Below are positions 24,401 to 34,072 of a stretch of 34,072 nt of DNA, piece after piece (the first letter of the stretch is position 1; each line of letters starts with the position of its first letter). The stretch spans positions 1-34,072 of the forward strand of contig JAUCBJ010004528.1 in assembly GCA_032718475.1 (NCBI GenBank), in the 5' to 3' direction. The stretch comes from Nemertoderma westbladi. Lineage: Eukaryota; Animalia; Xenacoelomorpha. The translations under genes and the position numbers were made by a program. The notes under the pieces are model-generated. The model had not been told where the DNA came from and did no database searches. It saw nothing but the letters and a program-made list of their open reading frames with translations.

Positions 24401-25092
24401 GTGAGGGAGGGGCGGCTGGGGTAGGGAGTGAGGGAGGGGCGGCTGGAGTAGGGAGTGAGGGTGGGGCGGCTGGGGTAGGGAGTGAGGGAGGGGCGGCTGG
24501 GGTAGGGAGTGAGGGAGGGGCGGCTGGAGTAGGGAGTGAGGGTGGGGCGGCTGGGGTAGGGAGTGAGGGAGGGGCGGCTGGGGTAGGGAGTGAGGGAGGG
24601 GCGGCTGGAGTAGGGAGTGAGGGAGGGGCGGCTGGGGTAGGGAGTGAGGGAGTTCTCGATAGAATTCTATATGTACAGAGACTCAGTAGGGAATCCCCAG
24701 TCAGTATGATGCAGCTGTATGATAGTGAATATAAACTCGGCATCGAGGATCAAATGGATTGGAGTCAGTTCGTGAATCACTTCTCGTCTTTCGGTGTGTC
24801 AACCCCGGCTATTGATGGGCCAGATGATATTTGGTCCCGGTTTATGGTCAGTACAACGGCACGCGATTGTAGTATCATTATATCTCTACACAGTCTACCA
24901 CTACCGGAATGTTCAACTGTTTGCCCCGAAGACTGTCGTAATATCTGTTTTCTCACGAACTCCGAACACGTACACTACACCATAGGGATAGTGGATCTGG
25001 ATCCGAAACCCTTATCCAGGATCCCCAGATACTATCGGGATTATTTGTCGGCAGTGAGGGAGTCCGACGGTCTCACTGTCTGTCGGCATTGA
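21499..25092 (+). CDS. IPPK: Inositol-pentakisphosphate 2-kinase, single ORF of 1197 aa with an in-frame Gly/Ala-rich repeat
   Basis: ATG at 21499; WKYRGEGGKSLVV, VVLRF, VEIKPKLGFL, CTHC, SRYCPLDLFSG, PQNNLKVF; after the repeat VLDRILYVQRL, RFMVSTTARDCSIII, IVDLDPKP. Confidence 0.92.
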   Translation: MEVTKNSVSQWKYRGEGGKSLVVWCLEDNVVLRFAKTDPLGDGVADPLQRPTMEFYVKHVMKPLLGASLVDEGEVLRIPSEKANLILSEVLPSRESRWRGNALLSDGVVTVMRDICRIKNANKCFAVEIKPKLGFLLKSEDSIESVICTHCLNQYSKLHTGKWESRSRYCPLDLFSGCPNRILDALRGLFETPQNNLKVFRDGELIFGGDKTLKSDLNVLKQSLCDDFFPSNQYHRPDILPSNQDKQSHCLNILPSNHGKQSHNPDMLPSNEDGPSKNCGLLSNNKVKVQNEPDAVIEAFEGFLGIISAVLRGPVTGSGCKVGERGATATGVGSEGGAAGVGSEGGTARVGSEGGAARVGSEGGAAGVGSEGGAAATGVGSEGGTAGVGSEGGTARVGSEGGTAGVGSEGGAPGVGSEGGAAKVGERGATATGVGSEGGAAGVGSEGGTARVGSEGGTAGVGSEGGAPGVGSEGGAAKVGERGATATGVGIEVGAAGVGSEGGAAGVGSEGGVTGVGSEGGTAGVGSEGGAPGVGSEGGAAMVGSEGGAAGVGSEGGAPGVGSEGGAARVGSEGGAPGVGSEGVAARVGSEGGAAGVGSEGGAPGVGSEGGAARVGSEGGAPGVGSEGVAARVGSEGGSAGVGSEGGTAGVGSEGGAARVGSEGGAAGVGSEGGAAGVGSEGGAPGVGSEGGAARVGSEGGAPGVGSEGVAARVGSEGGSAGVGSEGGTAGVGSEGGAARVGSEGGAAGVGSEGGTAGVGSEGVAAGVGSEGGAAGVGSEGGMAGVGSGGGAAGVGSGGGAAGVGSEGVAAGVGSEGGAAGVGSEGGTARVGSGGGAAGVGSEGGAARVGSVGGTARVGSGGGAARIGSEGGAPGVGSEGGAARVGSEGGAAGVGSGVGAAGVGSEGAVTGVGSEGGAAGVGSEGGAAGVGSEGGAAGVGSEGGAAGVGSEGGAAGVGSEGGAAGVGSEGGAAGVGSEGGAAGVGSEGGAAGVGSEGGAAGVGSEGGAAGVGSEGGAAGVGSEGGAAGVGSEGGAAGVGSEGGAAGVGSEGVLDRILYVQRLSRESPVSMMQLYDSEYKLGIEDQMDWSQFVNHFSSFGVSTPAIDGPDDIWSRFMVSTTARDCSIIISLHSLPLPECSTVCPEDCRNICFLTNSEHVHYTIGIVDLDPKPLSRIPRYYRDYLSAVRESDGLTVCRH
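22459..24651 (+). repeat. 27-bp G-rich coding minisatellite, about 80 units, (GVGSEGGAA)n
   Basis: Unit ggggtagggagtgagggaggggcggct with occasional 33-bp variants; reading frame conserved throughout. Confidence 0.97.
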
Positions 25093-26785
25093 GGGAGTCC
25101 GATGGTCTCTCTGTCTGTCGGCAGTTAAGGTGCTGACATTCTCACAGTCTGTCGACATTGAAGGTGTCCGACAATCTCACTGTCTGTCGGCAGTGAGGGA
25201 GTACGATGGTCTCACTGTCTGTCGGCAGCTAAGATGCTGACATTCTCACAGTCTGTCGACAGTGAAGATGTCCGACATTCACACTGTCTGTCGGCAGTGA
25301 GGGAGTCCGATGGTCTCACTGTCTGTCGGCAGTTAAGGTGCTGACATTCTCACAGTCTGTCGACATTGAAGGTTTCCGACATTCTCACCGCCTGTCGGCA
25401 GTGAGGGAGTGCGACGGTCTCACTCTCTGTCGGTAGTCATGGAGTCTGACGGTCTCACTGTCTGTCGGCAGTTAAGGTGTCAGACATTCTCACAGTCTGT
25501 CGACAGTGAAGGTCTCCAACATTCTCACTCTCTGTCGGCAGTGAGGAAGTCCGACCCGCTCACTGTCTATCGGCAGTTAAGGTGCTGACATTCTCACAGT
25601 CTGTCGACAGTGAAGGTGTCTGACATTCTCACTTTCTGTCAGCAGTGAGGGAGTCTGACGATCTCACTGTCTGTCTGCAGTTAAGGTGTCAGACATTCTC
25701 ACAGTCTGTCGACAGTGAAGGTCTCCGACATTCTCACTATCTGTAGGCTGTGAAGGTGTCAGACTTTCTTACTATCTGTTGGCAGTGAAGGTGTCCGTCT
25801 TTCTTAATGTCTGTCGGCAGTGAAGGTGTCCAGCATTCTCAATGTCTGTCGACAGTGGAGGTGTCTGACATTCTCACTGTCTGTCGGCAGTGAAGGTTGA
25901 TATTTGAATGTACCGACATACTGACTAACAGGGTTTTTTTTATATACACCGCAGTGGAGGTGTCAACCTTTCTCACTATCTGTAGGCTGTGAAGGTGTCA
26001 GACTTTCTTACTATCTGTTGGCAGTGAAGGTGTCCGACTTTCTTACTGTCTGTAGGCAGTGAAGGCGTCCGACTTTCTTACTGTCTGTAGGCAGTGAAGG
26101 TGTCCAGCATTCTTACTGTCTGTCGACAGTGGAGATGTCCGACATTATCAGTCTGTCGACAGTGGAGGTGTCCGACATTCTCACTGTCTGTCGGCAGTGA
26201 AGGTGTCAGCCTTTCTTACTGTCTGTAGGCAGTGAAGGTGTCCGATATTCTCACTGTCTGTCGGCAGTGAAAGTGTCCAGCATTCTCATTGTCTGTCGAC
26301 AGTGGAGGTGTCCGACATTCTCACTGTCTGTCGGCAGTGAAGGTTGATAATTGGTTGTACCGAAATACTGACTAACATGGTTTTTTTATATACACCGCAG
26401 TGAAGGTGTCAGCCTTTCTTACTGTCTGTAGGCAATGAAGGTGTCCGATATTCTCACGGTCTGTTGACAGGGGAGGTGTCCGACATTCTCACTGTCAATC
26501 GGTACTGACGGTGTCCGACATTCTCACTGTCTATCGGCGGTTAAGTTGTCCGACATTCTCACTGTCAATTGGCAATGAAGCTGTCCGAGATTCGCACTGT
26601 CTGTCCGAGATTCGCACTGTCAGTCGGAGGGTTAAGGTGTCCGACGTTCTCACTGTCAGTTGGCAATGAAGGTTTCCGACATCTCACAGTCTTTAGGCAG
26701 TGAAGGTGTCCGACATTCTCACAGTCTTTAGGCAGTGAAGGTGTCCGACACTCTCACAGTCTGTCGGCAGTGGTGGTGTCAGACT
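25045..26785. repeat. 35-bp self-complementary minisatellite starting in the last IPPK codons
   Basis: Unit ctgtcggcagtgaaggtgtccgacattctcactgt; 3-unit (105-bp) higher-order pattern at the 5' end; a roughly 60-bp interruption occurs twice (about 25896 and 26343). Confidence 0.92.
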
Positions 26786-28029
26786 AATTCACTAACTAAC
26801 GAGCCATTAGAAATCTTGGCAATATTATTATTGTACAGTATTATATTTTATTAGTCACTATTTTCAAAACCCAGCACCGCCATGCAGGCACGTTTTGTAA
26901 GGCTTGACGTCTACTGTTATCATAGCTTGTTTAAGACCGTGTATGGCAACCGGTTGTTTAAACAAAACATGGTGGTCGGATATTTATTTACATGACATTC
27001 ATGAATCTTCAGCAAAAAACAATACTTTATTTGGTGTAGCTTTACAGCGGTGTAGTATATACTCGTGCATACATACAGTATGATACAGGTGCATATACTA
27101 GTGTCTGTGTGTCCGTCCCGTTCAAACAAGGTGGTTGTCCGGTTAAGCCTGGCCACCAATGCTACAGTAATTAATGTTAATGTATGAATTAAGGAAAGGA
27201 ACAGGTTTCAGTAGAAATTATTCGAACCAAAAACAAATCTTCATAGGAAAATAATATACGTAGAGTAGCACATTTTGTATACAATTTAATAGTTAAGGCA
27301 ATATTTGTTGTAGAACTAAAGATCATCCTGGGTGATAAGCGTGTGAATGACCGGTGAGACGGTAACACATTTTCACTTTCGCCCATGAGTGCTTTCGGTT
27401 TGATCTAAATGTATGCCTTGTGCTTGTGTTAAAACAATTCTAAATGCTTTGGCCCGGCCCGTCCTACAACCAGGGGCAGCGCTATACCAAAACAAGGGGG
27501 GGGGGGGGGGGGGGTGTAAGCCAATTTGGACCGACTGAAAATTAAATTTCGATTTGTACCGACTTAAATTGAAACGGTTAAACTGTATTAGTAATAATTT
27601 ATTTATATTAATTAATAAAACATAATTATTGAATTGGCATTTTATTTACCTCGCTTTCGCTCGGTAAATTAAATGCCTCGTGCATAGTGAAAAATAAGTT
27701 TTAGTTTTTTTTCCCATGTAATAGGTAATTTTATTCTTAAATTGGTACCTTTTTGTTGCTCAATTATTTAATCGAAGATATAGCGATATAGGCCTACTGT
27801 AGTGTTACAAAATAAATTGAAGTACTAAAAAAAACTGAAATAGTAAAACAAAAATAGTTTAATTTACCTTTTTCACAGGGAAAAAAAGTAAAATCAATGC
27901 AATCTTACGGGTTAATATTATTTGCCCTATTCGTAGGGAAAAAAGTGAAACTTTTTCTCCCAATTTTGGGGTACATTCGAGCGAAAAAGTAACAATTTAA
28001 GAAAAAATATTTATATTTTTATGCGGTGG

Positions 28030-28192
28030 TAATTATAATAGTAATTAATAATTATATATAATTATAATAGTAATTAATAATTATATATAATTATAATAGT
28101 AATTAATAATTATATATAATTATAATAGTAATTAATAATTATATATAATTATAATAGTAATTAATAATTATATATAATTATAATAGTAATTG
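28030..28192. repeat. 29-bp AT-rich tandem repeat, about 5.5 copies
   Basis: Unit aattataatagtaattaataattatatat. Confidence 0.92.
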
Positions 28193-28690
28193 ACAATATG
28201 CAATCATAATATCGGCTCGATAAATCTCAGGCAGCAACCCTATTGTCACAACTAAATATTAATGTTTAAAACGAAGTACAGTAGTAGGCTACTAACAGTA
28301 TTTTATAATAGTTTACAAAAAAATTCAATTCAACAAATTATGGTTTTAATTATTTGAATTGAATTATAGGTTTTTTTAAATCCAATTTTAATCCAGTTCT
28401 TAATTATTGTACTCAATTCGATAGTTTCAACAATGTCCTTTTCACATACTATCAGTAACAATGGCTCTAAAGTCTTTCATACCTGACAGTCTTTCCATTT
28501 CCATTTTTTATTGTGTTCTATCCTGTAATCATTGTTAATATAGCTCGACACCTACTGTATCTGTTTTGCATTTTACTTTAGATATCGCACTGTTGCCCGT
28601 GGTTATTCGTCTCTTTTTAATTTAGTTAGGAAATTGACAATTTTTAATACAGTAAGTAGTCAGTATAAAATAAGTGTAGTACCAGTATAA

Positions 28691-29312
28691 CTAGAAAAAC
28701 AGCAAGCTGGCTATAAGAGGACCGTCTATAAGACAACAAAACCGAAAAACTCTAATCCCCAGTCAAATATCAATCGCAATCAATTCATGACCAGTTCGGA
28801 GTTCTCAATAGACAACCCACCCCAACCATTGGATTTACTGAGACACACTCAACACTCCGGCCAGCTTGCTACCTGTCTTCCCAGCTAGCCAGAGTTAAAT
28901 AATTATACAACGTTGCTATGATACAGAGAAAATCCTTCCCTATTCGCTACCATAGGCAAAGTTCAGGCTGCGTGAGGGAATATTACATATTTATACACTA
29001 TTTTATTTTCAATCAATAAATAATCATACATCTTTATATTAAACACTCGAATATAATAAAAACTTTGTGAGAATGGGACACGGCGAATCGACCTGTGCTA
29101 TTTTTATACAGCAAGAGCTTAATTTTACCCGCTTAAATAATTAATAACCGAAATAAGAACCCAAATAATCGATACATTTCTTTGTATAGTTGGCCATGAA
29201 GTAGAGCACTTCTTACCCTTCCAAGCCAATATCAATTGTGCACAAACATACATACAGAACAACAAACACACAGACGTTTTTTTTTGACAGCAAGATGCCC
29301 TGACGGTCTTCT
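28691..29312 (-). mobile_element. Second HINE/Helitron-like element
   Basis: CTAG at 28691 with a small hairpin; subTIRs agaggaccgtc (28716-28726) and gacggtcttct (29302-29312); acat/acac microsatellite near the other end. Confidence 0.5.
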
Positions 29313-29898
29313 AATAAAATAATAAATAAATATTATATTTAAACAAAGATATTACAGAAAGGCCTATTACCATTGAGGCCAAGTATTCCTACTGTCTGAC
29401 TACCTAGTATTTGTTAACCTACCTATATCTGATGAAGCACCGCCAGTCGGTACGAAATATATTATAATACTGTTATAATCTCGCAACAAATTTAACTATA
29501 TTTATACTACCTGTATTATATACATCAGTTCAATTACAGAATTAAATTTCCCTCTTTCACTGTCGACTGTCATTACACTATTATCCTGGTACAATACAAA
29601 ATAGTTTCATGGTGTTGCTGTACAGTATGAACCATCTTAAACCTGCGTGCACCGACTGGTGCTATTTGCACCGACTCAAGTATGGTCTGGGGTGTGGGTG
29701 TGTCCCACCACTCCCCCCACACCCCCCATGAAACCGCCCCTGTTTACGACCTACATACCTTAGTGTGATTGTAATTTTTCCAGGCGGTAAATTTGAAATG
29801 CTAATTACTTGAGTTTACACACACGAAAGCTGCAGTTTAGCTACCGGTACCGGAACAGATCAGACATACCTGACGTGCGTCATTCAGTGCCAGTTACC

Positions 29899-29954
29899 GG
29901 GTAAATCTTTTCGACCTACGCGTAGGCCTACGCGTAGGTCGAAAAGATTTACCC
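29899..29954. mobile_element. 56-bp perfect palindrome with 9-bp TSD (Mutator-like mini-MITE)
   Basis: gggtaaatcttttcgacctacgcgtagg|cctacgcgtaggtcgaaaagatttaccc, flanked by ccagttacc at 29890-29898 and 29955-29963. Confidence 0.85.
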
Positions 29955-29986
29955 CCAGTTACCGGTACTCATCGGTACAGTCCACA

Positions 29987-30150
29987 ATGTTTGTGTTTGC
30001 AAGTCGGAACAGTTTCAATTTCCAACCAACTTCCTTACCCTATTTGAACAAACCTCATTGTTCGTTATTGCTTCGACGGGAATTCAACATTAGCGAAAAA
30101 ATCAGACAAGAGGAAAACAATGAGTCAGTGGGAGAGCATGATTATTGGGG
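29987..30150 (+). CDS. Exon 1 of an uncharacterised 337-aa gene; mitochondrial-presequence-like N-terminus
   Basis: ATG 29987 gives MFVFASRNSFNFQPTSLPYLNKPHCSLLLRREFNISEK...HDYWG; donor GTAAGT at 30151 is phase 2, compatible with the acceptor at 30584. Confidence 0.7.
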
Positions 30151-30584
30151 GTAAGTCAAAGTCATTAGCAAATCCAAGTAGATACCGGTACTGTAGTGGT
30201 GTACATACTGTAGGACTTCAGTTCTTCTAAGGGCAAACTCTAAAACAGATCCTACTACTGTACTACTAAAACAACATCTTTCAACCGACCAACATACAAC
30301 AAGTTACTAATAAAAAAGATTCGTTGAGCTTTAAGCATTAAACATTGGGTCTGCAATACTATAGGGCTAACCAAGCATGGCTGTTTTTGCCTCTTCTAAA
30401 TAGTGGATTCGTTTTTCTGAAAAAGAACTGAAGAATGGTCTTGGTCTAGACTATCACTCACTATTCATTATGGCCTCTTTTTGTTCCAATCAGAAGACTC
30501 CATTATTTAGTTTTGAATTAAATTATTCCCGGTAATATTAGGGTGTGCTACTAGGCTACTATCGCTTTTTTATTAAACATTCAG

Positions 30585-31434
30585 GGAATTTAAACATCAT
30601 CCGAGAACCGAGCGCCGACGGTACAACCTACACCAACGGCCGCCGTGGGAGGACCCAAGGAATAGTCCAGGGGAACCCATATTCCGTAGGAAGGATCCAA
30701 AACGGAAGTACACCAGGGAGGAATACAAGAGACTCAAAGAGATGCCGGGAGTTCCTCACCCATTGGAACCGGATCTGCAGACATACCACGAGGAGAGGGT
30801 GAGACGGTACTACACGGAACTGCAGGATCCGGAAGGGGGTAAGAAGTTATGGACCCGGCCTCTCTTCCAAACGCAACACCCCGAGCAGTGCTCCTACTGC
30901 CGTCACCGCTACCCAAGGGACACACCCCCGGAGAGCTTGCCGTGGTATTTCCCGAAGGACAGTTTGTCTTCGCATCCCTTCCATCCGCGGTACGGGGATC
31001 GGGTTACCGAAGTCGCTAGGGAATTATCCACCACCGATGGCTCTACCCTCCCCCTGGATTCTCCCTCCTCCCGACTATTCTCAGCCGCACGTCGTCTCGC
31101 CGCTCGCGTCGACCCCTACCTCCATCCCTACGTACTCAACCCGCTCTGGTGGATCCGGGAGTGGTTTCTCGCGCCCGGGAAGCACGGCGTCTACCGTCTG
31201 GACTGGGCCCGTCGCTATGGGGACCCGACGCCGGAGCAGTTACTCATAGAGGGCCGACAACGACGTCGGATGTACCGACACCCCGACATGAGTAAACTCT
31301 TGTACTTTTCTTACTTCTATATGTGGCGTGGGAACCGCGTATTGAACCCGAATCGGAACTTTAAGTTACACATTATCGTCTATTTCTGTTTAATTCCTTT
31401 AGTTTATCATATTTTATTTGGAATTCGACTTTAA
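30585..31434 (+). CDS. Exon 2 of the uncharacterised gene; C-terminal transmembrane-like segment
   Basis: Acceptor tttttattaaacattcag; frame open from 30586 (EFKHHPRTERRRYNLHQRPPWEDP...) into the listed 230-aa ORF; GC-rich coding-like composition; ends HIIVYFCLIPLVYHILFGIRL; AATAAA at about 31482. Confidence 0.8.
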
Positions 31435-31779
31435 CTCTGATTATTATAATATATAATATCCCGTAAGTAAATATTCAGCGCAATAAATCCTTTGTAGTTT
31501 TATTTTAATTGATTTTTGATGCCGATACTCACTACTTTTGGTTGATAGAAATAAAAACGTATTTCCTTTTTTGCTAAATATCTTATCCTCCTAAATAAAT
31601 ACTAAACGTTTTTTTAAATCTGAAATCTGTTGGATTTATTTCAATATTTAACTAATTTCATTGTCCAGGTAATTTGTAACATCCCCGGGCTTCTTTAGGT
31701 CACTTTGACGTGGTCTCCATTGGGTGCGCCGATGGTGATTCTCCATATGAGTAGCGGATGTTGAATTATCGCGAAATTT

Positions 31780-31890
31780 TGGCGCAATCGATTATGGATT
31801 GGCCCTATTGATAAAGCCATTAAATCACAGTATAAAGCCATGCGTGGACTTCTCATCCCTAGTCCAAAGGTTGTGAGTTCGAGCCCGGAT
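31780..31890 (+). pseudogene. Degenerate tRNA-Arg-like sequence or SINE head
   Basis: tggcgcaatcg, ggacttct and ccaaaggttgtgagttcgagccc resemble tRNA-Arg(TCT) parts, but spacing is disrupted and there is no acceptor stem. Confidence 0.35.
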
Positions 31891-32153
31891 AAGTATTAAT
31901 TAATTTTTGTGGATTGCCTTTATTATTCTAATTAAATAAATATATAATAACCAAACCACATTACTGTATATGAAATTACAATGATTAAAGGCATGGAGTT
32001 AATGCCGCAAAATCACTACAAAAACCAAATATTTAGTGTTTGGTGAGTTTATAAAATTAATTTAATTTAAAACAATTAGGAAAGAAGCAGGTTAACCAAA
32101 ACAATAAACTGGGCTTTATATCATTGGGTATGAGTTTGTGCTGTGGATCACAT

Positions 32154-32833
32154 TTATACTGTATGTACAGTACCTAGCAACGGTAGTGAGGGGTTTCCTA
32201 GTAACGGATATGCGTTGTCTCTAAGTTCTCCTTCATTGTTGGCAATTCTGTAACCGAGTTGGAACAAAGTAGAACTAAAATCACAAGCCGATTGAATGTG
32301 ATTAACCATCGGCCACGACATATTGTTTCTCCAAAGGTCCCCAGCCGTACCTTTAGAGTCACCGCCAGCTCTTTTATCTCCCCACATATTTCTATATTGT
32401 TCATATAAATTCTTCATGCCATTATCGATAAACTCATCGACTTCTTTGCTTCTCTCCACTCCTATTTTCTTATATATTGCTTCGACTATGTGACGCGTAT
32501 GTCCAACCATATCCTCATAGCGAAGTATCAGAGCGTTCTTCAACAACCATTGGTCGTTTTGCCATTGTTCTATATTATTGGTTATCCAATCACAATACTT
32601 CTGAAACACTAAGGTAGCGCCGGGAGACCCGTTGTTAAGTACCTCTTGTTTATCGGAGAATTGCTTATAGGATGAGAAGAATAAGGATCGAGGGTCGCGA
32701 ACCAATAGAATCGGCGTTACATCGTGGGTTGGTGTAAAAGGTTCAATGTCAACTAGATTGTACAATCGAATGAGTTTAACAGCTACAACCGATTGTCGGT
32801 TACATTCCTCCTCCACACCAATAGCGTTTATTT
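32154..32833 (-). CDS. Terminal exon of a carbohydrate sulfotransferase (CHST1/3/4/5/6-like)
   Basis: VVAVKLIRL, LLVRDPRS (3'-PB motif), LRYEDMV, WRNNMSW..IQSAC..LFQLGY; acceptor ttgtttttcttccttag before 32833. Upstream exons were not found in the window. Confidence 0.85.
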
Positions 32834-33024
32834 CTAAGGAAGAAAAACAAAATTGATAAGTTTTTAATTTTAGTTCATGATAGACAACTTTTTTAGAGGT
32901 TTTGCAATAAATGAGCAAACGATAAATATATTAATTTTACTTGCATTTCAATAGTACATGTCAATTACAATCTGTTGTGGAATACAGTTATGAAGAAAAT
33001 TTATACAACGATTATGTTATACAA

Positions 33025-33900
33025 CAACGGTTGTCACCTTTCCTGTTCAATTTCTATCTGACATACCTATTCAAACAGTTCGAAAAGCCAAACCTTGGTA
33101 TCCACATTAAAGATGTTTCTTTCTGCGCCATAAACTACGCTGATGACATTATAATCCTGGCGAACATGAAGTCACACCTCACTAGTTTACTGGAAATTTG
33201 TTCACAGTATTTCAGAGATCACAACCTCAAATTAAATGAGTCAAAGTGTCACTTCCTGTCCATTAACACCAAAGGCACTACGAACACCAATGACATGCTT
33301 ACCCTCAAGGATAAAACACTGCAATAAAAAAAAGTGGCAAATATATGGGCATTCCCCACCCATCTCATGGCAAAACAATATCAAAGTTTGTAATTGGAAA
33401 AATTTGGGGCAATGTAGGTCTGATCTCGCACCGGGTTCTAACAATCAATCCCACTGGATGTAACTAAACTAGTTTGTAACATAATTTGCCTATCGAGCAT
33501 TCTATATGGCTCTGATTCTAGCTCTAATTTCTAGATAATAGAATAGCTAATAGATTCTGCTCTGATTCTGGCTCTAATTGACAAAATAGCTAAGGAGTTG
33601 CGTAAAGCGATGCGTCATATTATCGGAATGAACAACAGAATTTCAAAAGTGATATACAGTATCAGCTATTTGGAATGGACGTGGAATTACAGCTTAGATT
33701 GAATCAATTTCAATTAATATACAGATTATTTAATACAAAGAATCCTAAACTAGCCTTTCTCTTTGGTAGTACATTGTGTGACCATTGTGTGGGTCCCTCA
33801 GTAGACATATTTGCATCATATAATTTCACAGCGTGGAGATATTATAATAATCCGAATTTGTTATCCATTGCTTGTCCACCCTCCATATTCAACCAAACAT
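33025..33900 (+). mobile_element. Degenerate LINE RT fragment, probably intronic
   Basis: LSPFLFNFYL..INYADDIIIL..NLKLNESKC, followed by stops and frameshifts with an SILYG remnant. Confidence 0.75.
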
Positions 33901-34072
33901 TGTAGTCAAACCGCAAAAATGGCCCAGACGGCGGATATCAGCCCCAAGGATCAATTCACCACTTGGTACTCGCAATCACTCTTGAACAATACAAACTACG
34001 CTATATCCACTAGATTAATGATATTAAAGGAATTTCTAAATCCCCACACGTAGCATTTTTCACATCTTTTGT

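Larger units (their letters stand above)
27471..29722. mobile_element. Possible old hAT-like non-autonomous element
   Basis: Termini caggggcagc and ccgcccctg; accgact subterminal motifs near both ends; target-site duplication only 5/8 identical. Confidence 0.4.

Noticed and set aside
22002-24743. 913-aa Pro-rich antisense ORF (extensin/mucin-like)
   Set aside because: The C-rich strand of the repeat contains no stops by composition; its flanks are antisense IPPK.
30120-30802. Alternative short exon 1 (ATG 30120) spliced into the 30545-30802 frame
   Set aside because: Gives a short product and leaves the long GC-rich frame unused; the phase-2 model from ATG 29987 explains both exons.
32834-32918. 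5' part of the 254-aa sulfotransferase ORF
   Set aside because: Upstream of a clear splice acceptor; AT-rich intron sequence.

Overview
AT-rich eukaryotic DNA, most likely from an invertebrate animal; no prokaryotic features or CRISPR array. Host genes: (1) a tight co-directional minus-strand cluster of three intronless CDSs, COPS9 (57 aa, missed by the ORF track) > TRAPPC5 > KRI1, separated by only 158 and 146 bp, which looks operon-like; (2) an intronless IPPK carrying an in-frame 2.2-kb G-rich 27-bp minisatellite; (3) a two-exon orphan gene with a mitochondrial-presequence-like N-terminus and a C-terminal hydrophobic helix; (4) the last exon of a carbohydrate sulfotransferase. The rest is transposon debris and tandem repeats: CR1, L2/Crack-like, RTE-like and CRE-like LINE fragments, a tRNA-derived SINE, Helentron/HINE-like elements, hAT-like MITEs and a foldback element. 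Most unusual: a CRE-like restriction-like-endonuclease retrotransposon whose stop codon is followed 1 nt later by a decayed histone H3 C-terminal coding segment; a 4.5-kb minisatellite apparently amplified from the reading frame of the adjacent RT fragment; a 56-bp perfect palindrome with a 9-bp target-site duplication. All homology calls come from motif recognition by eye, not database searches.
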